A DNA stretch of 64,000 bases from Camelus ferus (taxonomy: Eukaryota): positions 16,680,001 through 16,744,000 of the forward strand of contig NC_045697.1 of the NCBI RefSeq assembly GCF_009834535.1. Reading direction: 5' to 3'. The notes beneath the pieces are model-generated. The model saw nothing but the letters and a program-made list of their open reading frames with translations, searched no databases and was not told the origin of the DNA. Below, in pieces: positions 13,300-26,896 of the stretch (its first letter is position 1; every line of letters starts with the position of its first letter). Position numbers and translations under genes: made by a program.

Positions 13300-14280
13300 A
13301 TAACACACAGAGAGATCCTCTCCTACGTGGACTATCCTCGTCTTCTTTTACCATATGCAACGCTCATCTTTCTATTTTCATCAGGGACATTCCCCTGAGC
13401 TTCAGATTCAAGTAGTCAATGGCCTATTTGACCTCTTGGGTTGGATGTCCCCTAGGTACTTCAAACTAAACCAACATTACCCAAACCAAACTCTCTAGTT
13501 GCACCCTTTCTCCAATGGGGCTTTCTGCACTGTATCAGTGAAACGGACACCATCCAGCGAGTTACTAAAGACAAAGACTTCAGTGCCTTCTTTGCTTCTT
13601 CCTTCTTAGTCCCCTCCGTATACCCTGTTATCACTCATTAAGTCCTGTTGCTTTTTACTTCCTAAATCTCTCTAATCTGTCTCCTTTACTACATCTCCCC
13701 TCAATCAAGCTGCCAGCATCTCTTTGTGGATGAGTGTAACGGCCTTGTAATTTGATCCTGTGTCTGGGTTCACCCTCTTCCAATCTATTCTTTCACTTGA
13801 GTCAGAATAGTCTTTGCTATGGAAACAGGAATCCGATCATGCCAATTACTAGCAAAACTATTTCAGTAGTTTCTCATAACATCTAAGGAAAGACCTAAAT
13901 CATTAATGGGACCTACCGGGCCCTTCAGGGTCTGGACCTGTTGTCATCTCAGCTTCAGCTCCCACATCCTGTTCTTTCCTTTCCTCTATTTCCAGCCACA
14001 TTGATTTTCTATCAGTCCCTAGTATACACTGCGATCCTTCCTTTCCTAAGGTTTTGGCACAAGCTGTTCCTCTGCTACTTGGAACATCCTTCCCACACTA
14101 CCTCTCCTTCCCTCCACTGACATAGACAGGCTGTCTAGAATCACACTGGACACAACAGTCACTTCCTTTCTGAGACTTGAGATAAGGGCAGGATTCCTAT
14201 TATAAGGTGCTCTTACAGAACACTCAACTTCTCTTTCGTAGTTCTGTGCCCAATTGTAATGAAGTAATTATTCATTGTTT
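13300..14280 (+). mobile_element. L2 LINE fragment (continues at ~19080-19200 after the L1)
   Basis: L2-like phrases (cctatttgacctcttgggttggatgtcc...caaactaaacc; ggcacaagctgttcctctgc); boundaries approximate. Confidence 0.65.
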
Positions 14281-14290
14281 TTCAATATTC

Positions 14291-17200
14291 TTTTTTATTG
14301 AAGTATAGTTGATTTACAATGTCGTGTCAGTTTCAGGTACATGGCAAAGTGATTCACCTATATGTGTATATATATATCTATATATATACACACACACACG
14401 TATATATTTCTTTTTTTTCAGATTCTTTTCCATTATAGGTTATTACAAGATATTGAATATAGTTCCCTGTGCTATACAGTAGGTCCTTGTTGGTTAGCTA
14501 TTTTATATATAGTAGTGTGTATTTGTTAATCCCAAACTCCTAACTTATCCCTCCCCGCCTTTACCCTTTGGTAACCATAAATTTGTTTTCTATGTCTGTG
14601 AGTCTGTTTCTATTTTTAAATAATTTCATTTGTGTCATATTTTTAGATTCCACGTATAAGCAATATCATATATTTGTCTTTCTCTATCTGACTTAATTCA
14701 CTTACTATGATAATCTCTATGTCCATCCATGTTGCTGCAATGGCATTATTTCATTCTTTTTGTATGGCTGAGTAACATTCTATTGTATATATATATATAA
14801 CACATCTTCTTTATCCATTCATCTATTGATGGACATCTAGGCTACTTCCATGTCTTGGCTATTGTAAACAGTGCTGCCATGAACATTGGGGTGCATGTGT
14901 CTTTTTTGAATTATAGTTTTCTCAAGATATATGCCCAAGAGTGGGATTGCTGGATCATATGGTAACTATTTTTAGTTTTTAAGGAAACTCCATACTGTTC
15001 TCCATAGTGACTGCATCAATTTACATTCCCACTAACAGTGTATGAGGGTTCTCTTTTCTCCACACTCTCTCCAGCGTTTATTGTTTGTGAATTTTTTTAA
15101 CAATGGCCATTCTGACTGGTGTAATGTGATAACTCATTGTGGTTTTGATTTGCATTTCTCGAATAATTTGTGATCTTACATTTAGGTCTTTAATCCATTT
15201 GAGTTTATTTTTGTATATGACATTAGAGAATGTTCTATCTTTTACATGTAGCTATCCAGTTTTCCCAGCCCCACTTATTAAAGAGACTCTTTTTCCTCTA
15301 TTGTATATTCTTTCCCCCTTTGTCATAGATTAATTGACCACAAATGTGTAGATTTACTTCTGGGCTTTCTATCCTGTTCCATTGATCTGTATTTCTGTGT
15401 TTGTGCCAGTATCATACTGTTTTGATTACTGTAGCTTTGTAGTATAGTCTAAAGTCAGGGAGCATGATTCCTCCAGCTCCCTTCTTCTTTCTCAAGATTG
15501 TTTTGGTTATTTGGGGTGTTCTGTGTTTCCATACAAATTTTTAACATTTTTTGTTCTAGTTCTGTGAAAAATGCCTTTGGTAATTTGATAGAAATTGCAC
15601 TGAATCTGTAGGATGCCTTAGGTAGTATGACCCTTTTAATAACATTGATTCTTCCAATCCAAGAACACAGTATATCTTTCTATCTGTTTGTGTCATCTCT
15701 AATTTCTTTCATCAGTGTCATCGTTTTCAGAATACAGGTCTGTTGTCTCTTTAGGTAGGTTTATTCCTAGGTATTTTATTCTTTTTGATGTGATGGTAAA
15801 TGGGGTTGTTTACTTAACTTCTCTTTCTGATATTTCATTGTTAATGTATAGAAATGCAACAGATTTCTGTGTATTAATTTCGTGGCCTGCCACTTTACTG
15901 AGTTCACTGATGAGCTCTACCAGTTTTCTGGTAGTGTCTTTAGAATTTTCTATGTATAGTATCATGTCATCTGCAAACAGTGACAGTTTTACCATTTATT
16001 TTCCAATTTGGATTCCTTTTATTCCGTTTTCTTCTCTGATTTCTGTGGCTAGAACTCCCAAAACTATGTTGAATAAAAGTGGCAAGATTCCTTATCTTGT
16101 TCCTGATCTCAAAGGAAATACTTTCAGCTTTTTCCTATTGAGTATGATGTTAGCTGTGGATTTGTCATATATGGCCTTTATTATGGTGAGGTATGTTCCC
16201 TCTATGCTCACATTCTTGAGAGTTTTTTATCATAAATAGATGTTGAGTTTTATCAAAAGCATTCTCTGCATCTATTGAGATGATCATATAGTTTTTATTC
16301 CTCAGTTTGTTAATGTGGTGTGTCACCCTGACTGATTCATGGATATTGAAAAATCCTTGCATCCCTGGCAAAATAAATCCCACTTGATCGTGGTGTATGA
16401 TCCCTTTAATGCACTGATGGAGTTGATTTGCTAGTATCTTGCTGAGGACTTTGCATCTGTGTCCATCAGTGATCCTGGTCTGTTCTTTTTTTGTGGTGTC
16501 CTTGGTTTTGGTATTGGGGTGATGGTGGCCTCATAAAATGAGTCAGAAGTGTTTCTTCCTCTGCACTGTTTTGGAACAGTTTCAGAAGGTTAAGTATTAA
16601 CTCTTCTCTATATGTTTGGTAGGATTTGCCTGTGAAGCTATCTGATCCTGGGCTTTTGTTTGTTGGATGTTTTTTAATTACTGACTCAGTTTCAGTACTG
16701 GTAACTAGTCTGGTCATACTTTCTGTTTCTTCCTGGTTCAGTCTTGGGAGATTGTGCCTTTCTAAGAATTTGTCTCTCTCCTCTCGGTTGCGCGTTTTAT
16801 TGGCATACAGTCGTTCATGGTAGTCTCCTACGGTCCTCTGCATTTCTGTAGTGTTGGTTGTAACTTCTACTTTTTTCATTTCTGATTTTCTTGATTTGGG
16901 GCCTCTCCCTTTTTTTCTTGGTGAGTCAGGCTAAAGGTTTATCAATTTGCTCATCTTTTCAAAAAAATCAGCTTTTAGTTTCATTGATTTTTTTCTATTA
17001 TTTTTTGACTTTTTTGTTTGTTTTGGTCTCTTTTATTTGCTTCTGCTCTGATCTGTATGATTTATTTCCTTCTACTAACTTTGGGTTTCATTTGTTCTTC
17101 TTTCTCTAGTTGCTTTAGGTGTAAGGTGAGGTTGTTTATTTGAGGTTTTTTCTTGTTTCATCAGGTAAGCTTGTATCGCTATAAACTTCCCTCTTAGAAC

Positions 17201-17879
17201 TGCTTTTCTGCATCCCATAGATTTTGGATCATCCTGTTCTTATTTTCATTTGTCTCTAAGTATTTTTTTATTTCCTCTTTGACTTCTTCAGTCATCCATT
17301 GGTTGTTTAATAGCATATTATTTAGCCTCATGTTTGTGCTTTTTGCAGTTTTTTTTCTTATTGATTTCTAATCTCATAGTGCTGTGATCAGAAAAGCTTG
17401 ATATGATTTCAATTTTCTTAAATTTATCAGGGCTTGCTTTATGGTCCAGCACATGATCTATCCTGGATAATAATCCATGTGTACTTGAAAATAATGTCTA
17501 TACTGCTGCTTTCAGATGGAATGCTTTTTTCCATCCTCTCATTTTCAATCTGTATGTGTCTCTAGATATGAAGTGGGTCTCTTGTAGACAGCATATATAT
17601 GGGTCTTGTTTTTGTATCCATTTAGCCAGTCTATGTCTTTTGGTTGGAGCATTTAGTACATTTAAATTTAAGGTAATTGTCTATAGATATGTTCTTATTG
17701 CCATTTTGTTAACTGTTTTGGATTTCTGTAGATCTTTTGCTCCCCATCCTTATTTTGGTCTCTTCTTTTGTGATTTGATGACTAGCTTTAGTGCTATGTT
17801 TGGATTCCTTTTTCTTTTCTGTGTGCATATCTATTATAGATTTTTGATTTGTGGTTCCCATGAGGTTTTGGTATAGCAA

Positions 17880-17925
<46 letters not shown>

Positions 17926-19068
17926 ATTGCTTTAAGTTGATGATCTCTTAATTTCAAATGCATTTTAAGTACCCTACATTTGTACTCTTCTCCCCTCACA
18001 ATTATTGGTTTTGATATTATATTTTACATCTAATTGTATTATGTATCCCTTAACTGCTTATTGTGGATACAGATGATTTTACTACTTTTGTTTTTTAACC
18101 TCCTGATTAGTTTGTGTATGGATGATCCCCTACCTTTGCTGTATGTTTGCCTTTACTGATGAGCTTTTCCATTTCATAAGAGTCTTGTTTCTGGTTGTAG
18201 CCTTTTCTACCTAGACAAGTTCCTCTGGCATTTGTTATAAAGCTAGTTTGGTGGTGCTGAATTCTTTAAGCTTTTGCTTGTCTGAAAGCTCTTGATTTCT
18301 CCATCAAATCTGAATGACAGCCTTGTAGGGTAGAGAATTCTTGATTGTAGGTTTTTCCCTTCTATCACTTTAAATATATCATGCCACTCCCTTCTGGACT
18401 GCAGAGTTTCTGCTGAAAAAACAGCTGATATCCTTATGGGGGTTCCCTTGTATGTTACTTGTTGCTTTTCTCATGTTGCTTTTAATATTGTCTCTTTATC
18501 TTTAATTTTTGTCAGTTTGATTACTATGTGTCTTGGTGCATTCCTCTTTGGGTTAATCCTGTATAGGACTCTCTGTACTCACTGGACTTGGGAGACTGTT
18601 TCCTTTCCCAGGTTAGGAAAGTTTTCAGCTATTATCTCTTCAAATATTTCCTCAGGCCCTTTCTCTCTCTCTTCTCCTTCTGTGACACCTATAATGTGAT
18701 TGTTAGTGCACTTGGTGTTGTCTCAGAAGTCTCTTAAACTGTCTTCATTTCTTTTCATTCTTTTTTCTTTATTCTGTTCTGCAACAGTGATTTCCACTAC
18801 TCTGTCTTCCAGCTCACTGATCCATTCTTCTACCTCATTTATTCTACTGTCCTTCTAGTGTATTTTTCATTTCAGTTATTGTATTCTTCAACTCTGTTTG
18901 GTTGTTCTTTACATATTCTAACTCTTCATTAAAAACTTCTAACTTCTTACTCTGTGCATCTGTTCTCCTGAGTTCTTGGATCATCTTTACAATTACTCTG
19001 AACTCTTTCTCAGGTAGATTGCCTATCTGCACTTCACTCAGTTGTTCTTCTGGGGTTTCATCTTATCT
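14291..19068 (-). mobile_element. Decayed L1 (3'UTR, fragmented ORF2, partial ORF1), same orientation as the host gene, in intron 10
   Basis: ORF fragments VKLSLFADDMILYIEN (RT), [23 protein letters not shown], and ORF1 coiled coil QIGNLPEKEFRVIVKM; many stops, frameshifts and internal deletions. Confidence 0.95.
17882..17922. repeat. (TA)n microsatellite inside the L1
   Basis: Read directly. Confidence 0.95.
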
Positions 19069-22000
19069 CTCCATATTCATTACTTAATGTCTATCTCCCC
19101 CTACAATGAAAACTTCATGAAAGCAGAGACCATATAAGTCCTATTGGCTATTATATTTTAAGGGTCCCTGAAACACAGGAGTCTTCTTATTGAATATTTG
19201 TCAAAGTATCAATCAATTGCCAATCAAATACTTAATGTCACACCTTTCATCACATCAAAGATGCCTAAGTGTGGCCCTTACTCTCTGAGACTCTCTAAGA
19301 CAATGGAGAATGAAAATCAGGTTTGGTCCTTTTTCACAGGAAAAATCTTGCCCCAGTAGCTCAGCTGACTGTACGAAAAAGTATCTATGATTTGGTTTTG
19401 CAGGTTTGGTTTTGTAAGAAGTGTGGGGTTACTACTTGTTTGCAGGACTCTCACTTTTCTTACTCTGCTGAAAGACTTGGTAAAACACAATACTTCTGAA
19501 AATGGCCACTGAGCCTAAATAACTGACCAGATGAAGTACAGTAAGCAGAGGAGGCTGCCTGATTCACTTCCATGTAGATTGTATATCTCAATTTAAGGTA
19601 GTAATTGTGCTGTTTCAGAGCACCCAGCACATCCTGGAGGTCAATAAATATAAATGGAGAGTGAGGCTTATCCTGGAGTACTGCTGTACACTTGAGCAAG
19701 GGAATCATAACACCGCATTCCATTCTATTTACGCAGTGTGCTCTAGCCAAACAGCCAAATGTGATGGGACTGTTATCTAAACTTCCTGGCGCCTGCTTGC
19801 ATGACTGTTATGCATTTTCTTTTTTTAATGAGCATTTTTCAGAAGGTTACTACTGTATGAAGGCAAAGGAGGAGGAAATGCAGAAGGGAGAGAAAGAAAC
19901 TGAACCATCACAAAGAAATCGTTCAACTACTGTTATGGGAACACACACAGCCTATGTTCGTATTCAAGGAAATTCAGAGTTAAAGCGAAATCGACCATAT
20001 GCATGCCCATATGCAGACATATTGGGATAGTCTCTGAATTGCTTCTTTATACAAAATGGTATGCAACAATAATCCCACAAAGAAGATAAACCAGAGGACC
20101 TTTTATATCCAATACTGATACATTCTGCAGTAAAAAGAAGATACAACCTAGACAGGAAAGACAGAAATCCAAAGAGCTGGTCCATAATCACTTAAATTAC
20201 CTATCTGACTATCATCTCCTTTTATGCAACATAGGACTGGGACCACGTCTTGCTACCTTACAAAGATCAGAGATTGAATACATGTAGAAATTCTCATTTA
20301 AGAAAATAATTATAGTGCCTGGTTTTCCTAGAGCTAAAAATGAAGCTAACAGGCATCTAAGGTCTAAAAAGCAAAGACAAAAATCTTTCCAAGACTGGCC
20401 AAAATGTCTAGCAAAGAACCGATTATTTTTAACATGTTGCAGTTTTATTAGGCAGATTAATAGATTCCATATCTTTAAAAAACCTTAACATTTGCAGCCA
20501 ATTTTTCAAGACATTAATTTCTAAACAGGAGATGAAAGGAAAAGAAATCAAAATGCTTAATAACATTTCCAACTTCTTAAAGGCTTGGAGGAACTCTAAA
20601 CCTTTGGAAAGGCTCCTTGAAAAATGATTTTCAGACCAGTTTTCACTATCGAGGAGGATGGAACATTTATCAAGTATCTTTTGGCTTTAATTTTCACAAA
20701 AGCTAGTTTGCTGATGGGGTGGATAATAAAATTGAAGATTTATGTTGCATTAACAGGTATGGTAACTCCTCATTATATCAAAACACAGGGGATTAAGAAA
20801 GGAAAAAAGAAAAAAAAAAAAACCCTGACTGAATTAACTGAATTTGCATTATCAAAATCTTTATCAAAAGAGTACAGAGCCTTCCAGTTAGCTGGGGAAA
20901 ACATACAATGGTTGTTTCTCATCAAGAAATAAGCTATGCCTGGTAAAAGGGGTTTGACTAAGAAGAAAAGGAAACTAGTAGGGAAATGAACATTTACTGA
21001 ATTCTAATATACGCCAAGGACTGTGCTGGATGCTTTTTCGTGGGTTACCTCACTAAAACGCTCTGCAGTGCTAGGTAACAACAAGGAACAGCCTGAGATA
21101 ATTTGGATTTTGGTTCTCAGAACTTTTAGTATACATTTCCCAAGTCAGGATAATGTAAAAATTTCTCTTCCTATGCTAAGGAAACTGCAATGAAAGATTT
21201 ATGTTCATTTCCAGATTAATTGCAACCTAACTTCCTCAAAAATTCCAAGTATATGACATATAGTATAGATGAGATGAATGGATCAAAGCCAGGCTACTTC
21301 TAGAATGGGTGGTACAGCTAGGTTCTCTATCTAAAATGTAAAGTGAAAGGAGTGAATGGCCATGAAAAGGTGTGGATGGACAGAGAAACAAAGGCCAAAA
21401 CACTGTCAAAATGCCAAAACAAAAGCTTTTTCTTTTTTCTCTTGTCTTTAATATTAAGGACACTCATCTGATGAAGGAGGTGTTCAATAAGTGCCTGCTA
21501 CTAGGGGAGCACTCTCAGGGGAGAAACAAAACTACAGCATCCAGTTTACCAACATTACCTCCATCCAAGTTCTATCGAGAATACTCTTTACTGTCTAAAG
21601 TTGGATAAATGTGCATAAATCCAGGCTAGTCTACTTAAGAGCTAATACACAAATAAAAGCTAAGATGCAAGTAAACACAGTGATGTCAGAAAACATGAAA
21701 ACTATAGGCTGAGTGTATGTGTAACCACTTTTCCTAAAACTGAAAAATTTCTAAGAAGTGAGTTTAGACTCCTAATATAACATATTCACCCATACGGAAG
21801 AGCTCTTGAAAAAGGCTTGAATAGAAAATTTTATTTTCTCTGAAAAGAATAACTGAGAAATTACACATTTATTTTTTTCATTTGGAAGAAGCTGATCATT
21901 ATCAGTGACGATGCACTGTTTCTGGCTCCTGGGCTGCAGACTGACCCACGGAGAAGAGAAAAGAAATGGCGCAGTCATCGCCCAAGCACATCTGGTTTCG

Positions 22001-23129
22001 GTTTTAAGCACTGAGCCATTTCATAATGTCTAGATTTGCCCTTAAAATTAACATGCCATTATCATGTTTTCTGGCTGGAAACTGTAGAGATTGCAAATGA
22101 AGTTGGACTTAGAACTCCACGAGAAATTAGAACACTGACAGTTTAGACATTAAGCACTAAACTCTGGCTTGCAGAGTTCCAATATAACCTGAATTATTTC
22201 AGGCCTACAAGACTAAGATAAGCAGAGAGTGAACTGGTTTTTGAGAGTGTAGGGATGGAAATTGGAGGAAAGCAGCAACTTAAACAATGGCAAGATTCAA
22301 CCACAACACATGAGTCTGTGTTAGTAATTACTAATGAGTATTCTCTTCTTAACTCTGATGTGACGCACTGAAGTTGGTCTGAATAAAGACTTTTAGAGGC
22401 ATAAACAATAAAAAGTTTATAGATGGCCTAAACCATCTCCTTCTTATGGAATTAAAAAAATTATAATAAATAATAATACAATAATAAGAGCAAGGTGGCA
22501 AAGATGACAAATTTTGTAAAATATCATTACATGATTTTAACATTTTTTTTTCATTTCCTTTTGGAGACTTTCATTTCCTTTTGCTGGTCTTCTAATTATG
22601 GGATTGATTCGAATTAATGAATCATCCAGCCCCACACTCACAATATTCCATATGTAATTTGCTACCGATTCATGACTTTAAGGATGTCTCAGCAAACTGT
22701 ATGGAAATCACCTTCCCGGCGACTTGGGCAAACTGTCCTAAGTTCTTCTAGCTGTTCCACGAATGACTTTTCAAGCCAATCTAGCCAAATAAGTCAAAAA
22801 TCATTGCCTGACTCTCCTTGCCCAAGTCCATAAAAATATACTTCACAAACACATTATGGCACAAAAAAGCAGATCATTTTGAGGGAGATCAATCAGAAAA
22901 ACTTCCCATGGGGAATCTCATTAAACAGTTCCACTATGCCTTTCAGATAGTCTTCAAAATATTATGACTTACAAGACCCTTCAAGGATCTGGAACCCTCC
23001 AGATTTATTTTCTGCCACTGCTGTAGCCCAGTGTTCTAATTAAATGACTAGCAGTTTCCCAACACACCTTGATCTTTTCCAGAGATTTAGTATGAGCTAA
23101 AGTCTCTGCCTAGAAGACTAATTCCCAAT

Positions 23130-23405
23130 GAAAATATAAAACACCATATACAACTTTTAAATTTTCTGAGGCACATTTTAAAAAGTAAAAAGAAACAAAT
23201 TTAATTTTAATAATATATTTTACTTGACTCAATATAGCCAAAATATTATTGTTTTAACTTGTCATTGATATAAAATATTAATGAAGTATTTTACATTCTT
23301 TTTTGGTACTGTCTTCAAAATCTAATCCTCTTAGAGTGCATCTAAATTTTGGACTGGCTGAACTAGCCTTGCAGCTAATGGCTACCGTACTGGATCGCAC
23401 AGGTG
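23130..23405. mobile_element. hAT-Charlie relic (MER3/MER33-like)
   Basis: cacattttaaaaagtaaaaagaaaca...taataatatatttta...tggctaccgtactggatcgcacag; family assigned from memory. Confidence 0.55.
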
Positions 23406-25848
23406 TAGAAAACCTTTGTCCTTCCCTCCCTTTAGGTTTCAAATCGATCTCACCCTCTGCAGGGATGCCCTCCCTCATTCCCGGGGATGGGTTCCCACTC
23501 ATATGCCACCTCAATACCTTAGATGGATCCATTACAATAGCAATTAACACATCCTATTGTTTCTTTGTGTATCTTTATTAGCCAGTAGACTTGAAGTTCC
23601 CTGGATGTGGGGACTAGGTCTTACCTAATTTTCTATCCCAAGCACCTAGCAAATGTTTGCACTTAAAGTCATGCGTTTTCATTTCTGTTAAGCAGAAATA
23701 GTATACAATTATCCAAGTGGAAGTTGGTTTAACAGGAAGTCCCAAATCTTTATATTATGCTCTTACTACCTATGAGTAAAGTAAACAATCTCTATGCCTA
23801 GTTTTCTTTTTTCAATCTGCTTTAAAAAAAAAAAAATAAAAATCTCAAAGCCAAAACTCTCACAAATATCTAGTTAATTTATAATAATTTAAAATAAAGC
23901 AAGTTGACATTTGCACTAAGCTATCTTTCAAAGGATAAAGACTGTCCTTGTCAAAGAATTAACTAAGGAACTGGTCAACATTTGTGACATAAAGGAAGGG
24001 CAAAGTGTATCTGCTTCTAAACCAGAGCAAGTGACCTCAAGAGTGCCTTTGGCTCAGGCATCAACTGTAGAATGTAGACCAATCTCACTATTTGATCTAT
24101 TTGGAAAAAGCCTAACTAGCAAAAAGACCCCTCCTTTCTTCACTCTAGTAAGTATCTAGCACCAAATCATCTTTGGAAGGAATGGAATAAGGATATGTCA
24201 TTTCTCTACATTTATCTACACAGCTTTGGTCATAGCTGTGTTATATTTTGTTCAAATGAGCAGATATGTGATAAATCAATTTCTCTCTTTAGTGTCACTC
24301 TTTTGAGAAGACACATGAAGATTTTTTTATCAAACATGAATTTGAAAACACTAAAATAACTGTCTTCTATATGCTTACTCAACACGATTCTCTTTTGTAA
24401 AGATTAATAGCAATGCGCCACATCACAAGGCTTTGTAAACTATGTGGCGTTCTATCAACGTGAGTTATTGTAATTACTGAATAGGCTATTAATTAAAAAC
24501 AGCAACATTAGAAAAATTGAATTTTCAATTTTCATTAGTCTTTTTAAGTGTTAACTAATGATACTCTGGCAGACCTTAATATCACAGCTCATTTGAAAGT
24601 TGAGAAAAATGAGGAAAAGTGTTATAATTTGCACAAGGCCTTTGGTTCGGTCTTACATAGATTCAAAGTTAAACAGCAGCAAAACCTAGACCTTTAGCCT
24701 AAGTATTAAATTACTCCTCCCTTTCTTCTCCTTGAGTGCCTGAGTTACCAAGCCTCTCAGTTAACCTTTTTCCTCCAGCTGATAACTGTTGCCAATGCTT
24801 GATTTTGACTCCATTAGTCAGCTCTTCTATGTAGGTTTTTCAAGATTTTGTTGATGGTAATGGTTTGTCTTAAAGGTACCATGGAAATCTAAACTTTACA
24901 GTTAAAAATAATTTCCCTAAGCCCTGGTTAGCTTATAGGCAAGATGCATGAAAGGCTGATCTTCACTCAAATGACTCTGAGCAGCTAGCACAGACAGACA
25001 GCAGGCTGCAATGTACAAAAACAGTGCCATTTCTGATGGATTGGTCATGGCTCCCTGGAGCACCATATTGGGAAAGTCCTTAAGGCTCTCTGGGGGCACA
25101 GTTGGAAAGAGTTCCCTAATTAATTAGGAATCTTTGCCTTGGACAAGTACTGGGCTAACATTTGGAGGGTCTCATTTTTATCTTCTAAGGTCTGACCAAC
25201 AGAGAATAAACTAGATTCACCTAACCTGGAGCCTTACCCCAAAGGGTCAGTCCTCTTGAAATGTCAAGTTAATGCAATACCCTGCAGTAAGTGGTGCTGA
25301 AATCCATAATAGGTTACTTAAAAGTGATTCATAAGAAATGTGGGTGCTGGGTTGAACCAGCACAAGGAAGAAATGATGACATTCTTAGCAAATCTTTCTC
25401 TACCGCCTCCTTTAAATCTAACTTGAATCCAGTCTCCTCATGGACAATCCAATCTTTATGCCTGCCAGAAAGACAAAAACTGAAACCAAACAGAGATATC
25501 TACTCACAGAAAAAAATCAGCAGAGAATATTAAGAAAAACTCATCCTCTGGCCCCATGGGACCAGTTATCTGACTGAATAAATCTCCCCTCCCACCATTT
25601 TTAGAAACAAAAGTCAAAAAACAGTAATGAGCTTCAAGATGAATAAGAAATAGGTAGTATGAATGAGAAATACACTGACCTAACATTTTGTTTTCCAATA
25701 ATCTGTATTAAGAGGGATTGAGGACTCACTGATGCTTTAAAGTCAAAAGGCCAAATATGGCATATTCTAATAGAGTCTTTATTTTAGTTTCTAATCTACC
25801 CCCCAAAAAAGACAGAAGGAAAAAGAAAAAGAAAAGAAAGAAGAAAAA

Positions 25849-25850
<2 letters not shown>

Positions 25851-25924
<74 letters not shown>

Positions 25925-25926
25925 AA
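25851..25926. repeat. (GAAA)~19 microsatellite within a purine tract (25805-25926)
   Basis: Read directly; starts ~40 nt into intron 10. Confidence 0.95.
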
Positions 25927-25964
25927 CCCTCCCGTAAAATGAAAGTTAGCTCCAAGCTGCTTAC

Positions 25965-26085
25965 AATTGCCTTCTGCCTCTGCCTCTCCCTTTGTTTGGC
26001 CCTTTCAGACTCCCGTTTCTCATACTCTTTGCGGTATTCTTCCCTCTTCAGCCTCTCGTGCTGATACTCCTCGTAGCTGTCATAC
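25965..26085 (-). CDS. PPARGC1A: PGC-1alpha exon 10 (121 nt; YDSYEEYQHERLKREEY...RQKAI)
   Basis: Boundaries tctcag|GTATGAC ... GCAATT|gtaagc; inside ORF 25791..26096. Confidence 0.97.
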
Positions 26086-26227
26086 CTGAGAAACATAACT
26101 TCATCATTAAGTCAACCACCTCCATTTGCACGAGCAAAACTTATCACAAACTGGGGAGGGGGTGGGGTTTTAGAAAACATCTGGTCATCCATGAGGAGGG
26201 GAGGGGCGGAGCAGGAGGCACCATTAC

Positions 26228-26332
26228 CTGGGCCGCCGGCTGCAGGGTGATCTTGAACGTGATCTTGCGCACAGCGGAGAATTTCGGTGCGTTGGGTGTC
26301 TGCAGTGTCCTGCCTCATAGTAGTAGCCAGAT
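26228..26332 (-). CDS. PPARGC1A: PGC-1alpha exon 9 (105 nt; SGYYYEAGHCRHPTHRNSPLCARSRSRSPCSRRP)
   Basis: Boundaries (c)n-cag|ATCTGGCTAC ... GGCCCAG|gtaatg. Confidence 0.95.
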
Positions 26333-26896
26333 CTGGGGGGGGGGGGGGGGGGACAAAAAAAGGCATTTGCCACTGCCGGTTAACCCCAGTTTAAGGGCAC
26401 GACGGAAAATCCCCTGGAACTTCTTGTTAAAGAAGCCGGCTTTGGCTTCCCAGCTACTAGGGAGATTTCCCAGTGACACTTAGCGATCACCTAGTCAGCT
26501 TAGAGGTCTGGGAGTGATGTGTTCTCTTCCAGCGTCTCTCGTTGACGTGAACGCCGAACGCCAGTCTGGTACACTGCCAGCTTTATCTTGCATGGACCTC
26601 AACTACCCTGGCCCGGGGCAGCTCTCCAGGTAATGGAAAAAGTTAGATGAGCAAGTTTCTTACAAATTGCTCTCTCTGATCTGACTGGCTCAAGGCACTG
26701 TGCTCAAGGATGACAGATTTAGGAGAAGATAGGGAGGAGTGAATGTGTAACAACAATCTTGTTAGATCCAGCTGCACCAAGAATGTGGTGGTCAGGGGCT
26801 GGGCTGCCTGTGGATTTTGAAAGCTTTTTTTTTTTTTTTTTTTTTTTGACTTCCTGGGGACTCCTTAGGCTTTGGGTGGGTTTTGACAAGGTTTAC

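Noticed and set aside
15715..16239. 174-aa plus-strand ORF
   Set aside because: Antisense shadow of L1 ORF2.
14291..19068. Active L1
   Set aside because: Frameshifts, stops, internal deletions and no 5'UTR.
25992..26483. 163-aa plus-strand ORF
   Set aside because: Antisense to exons 9-10 and runs through a G homopolymer; no independent support.
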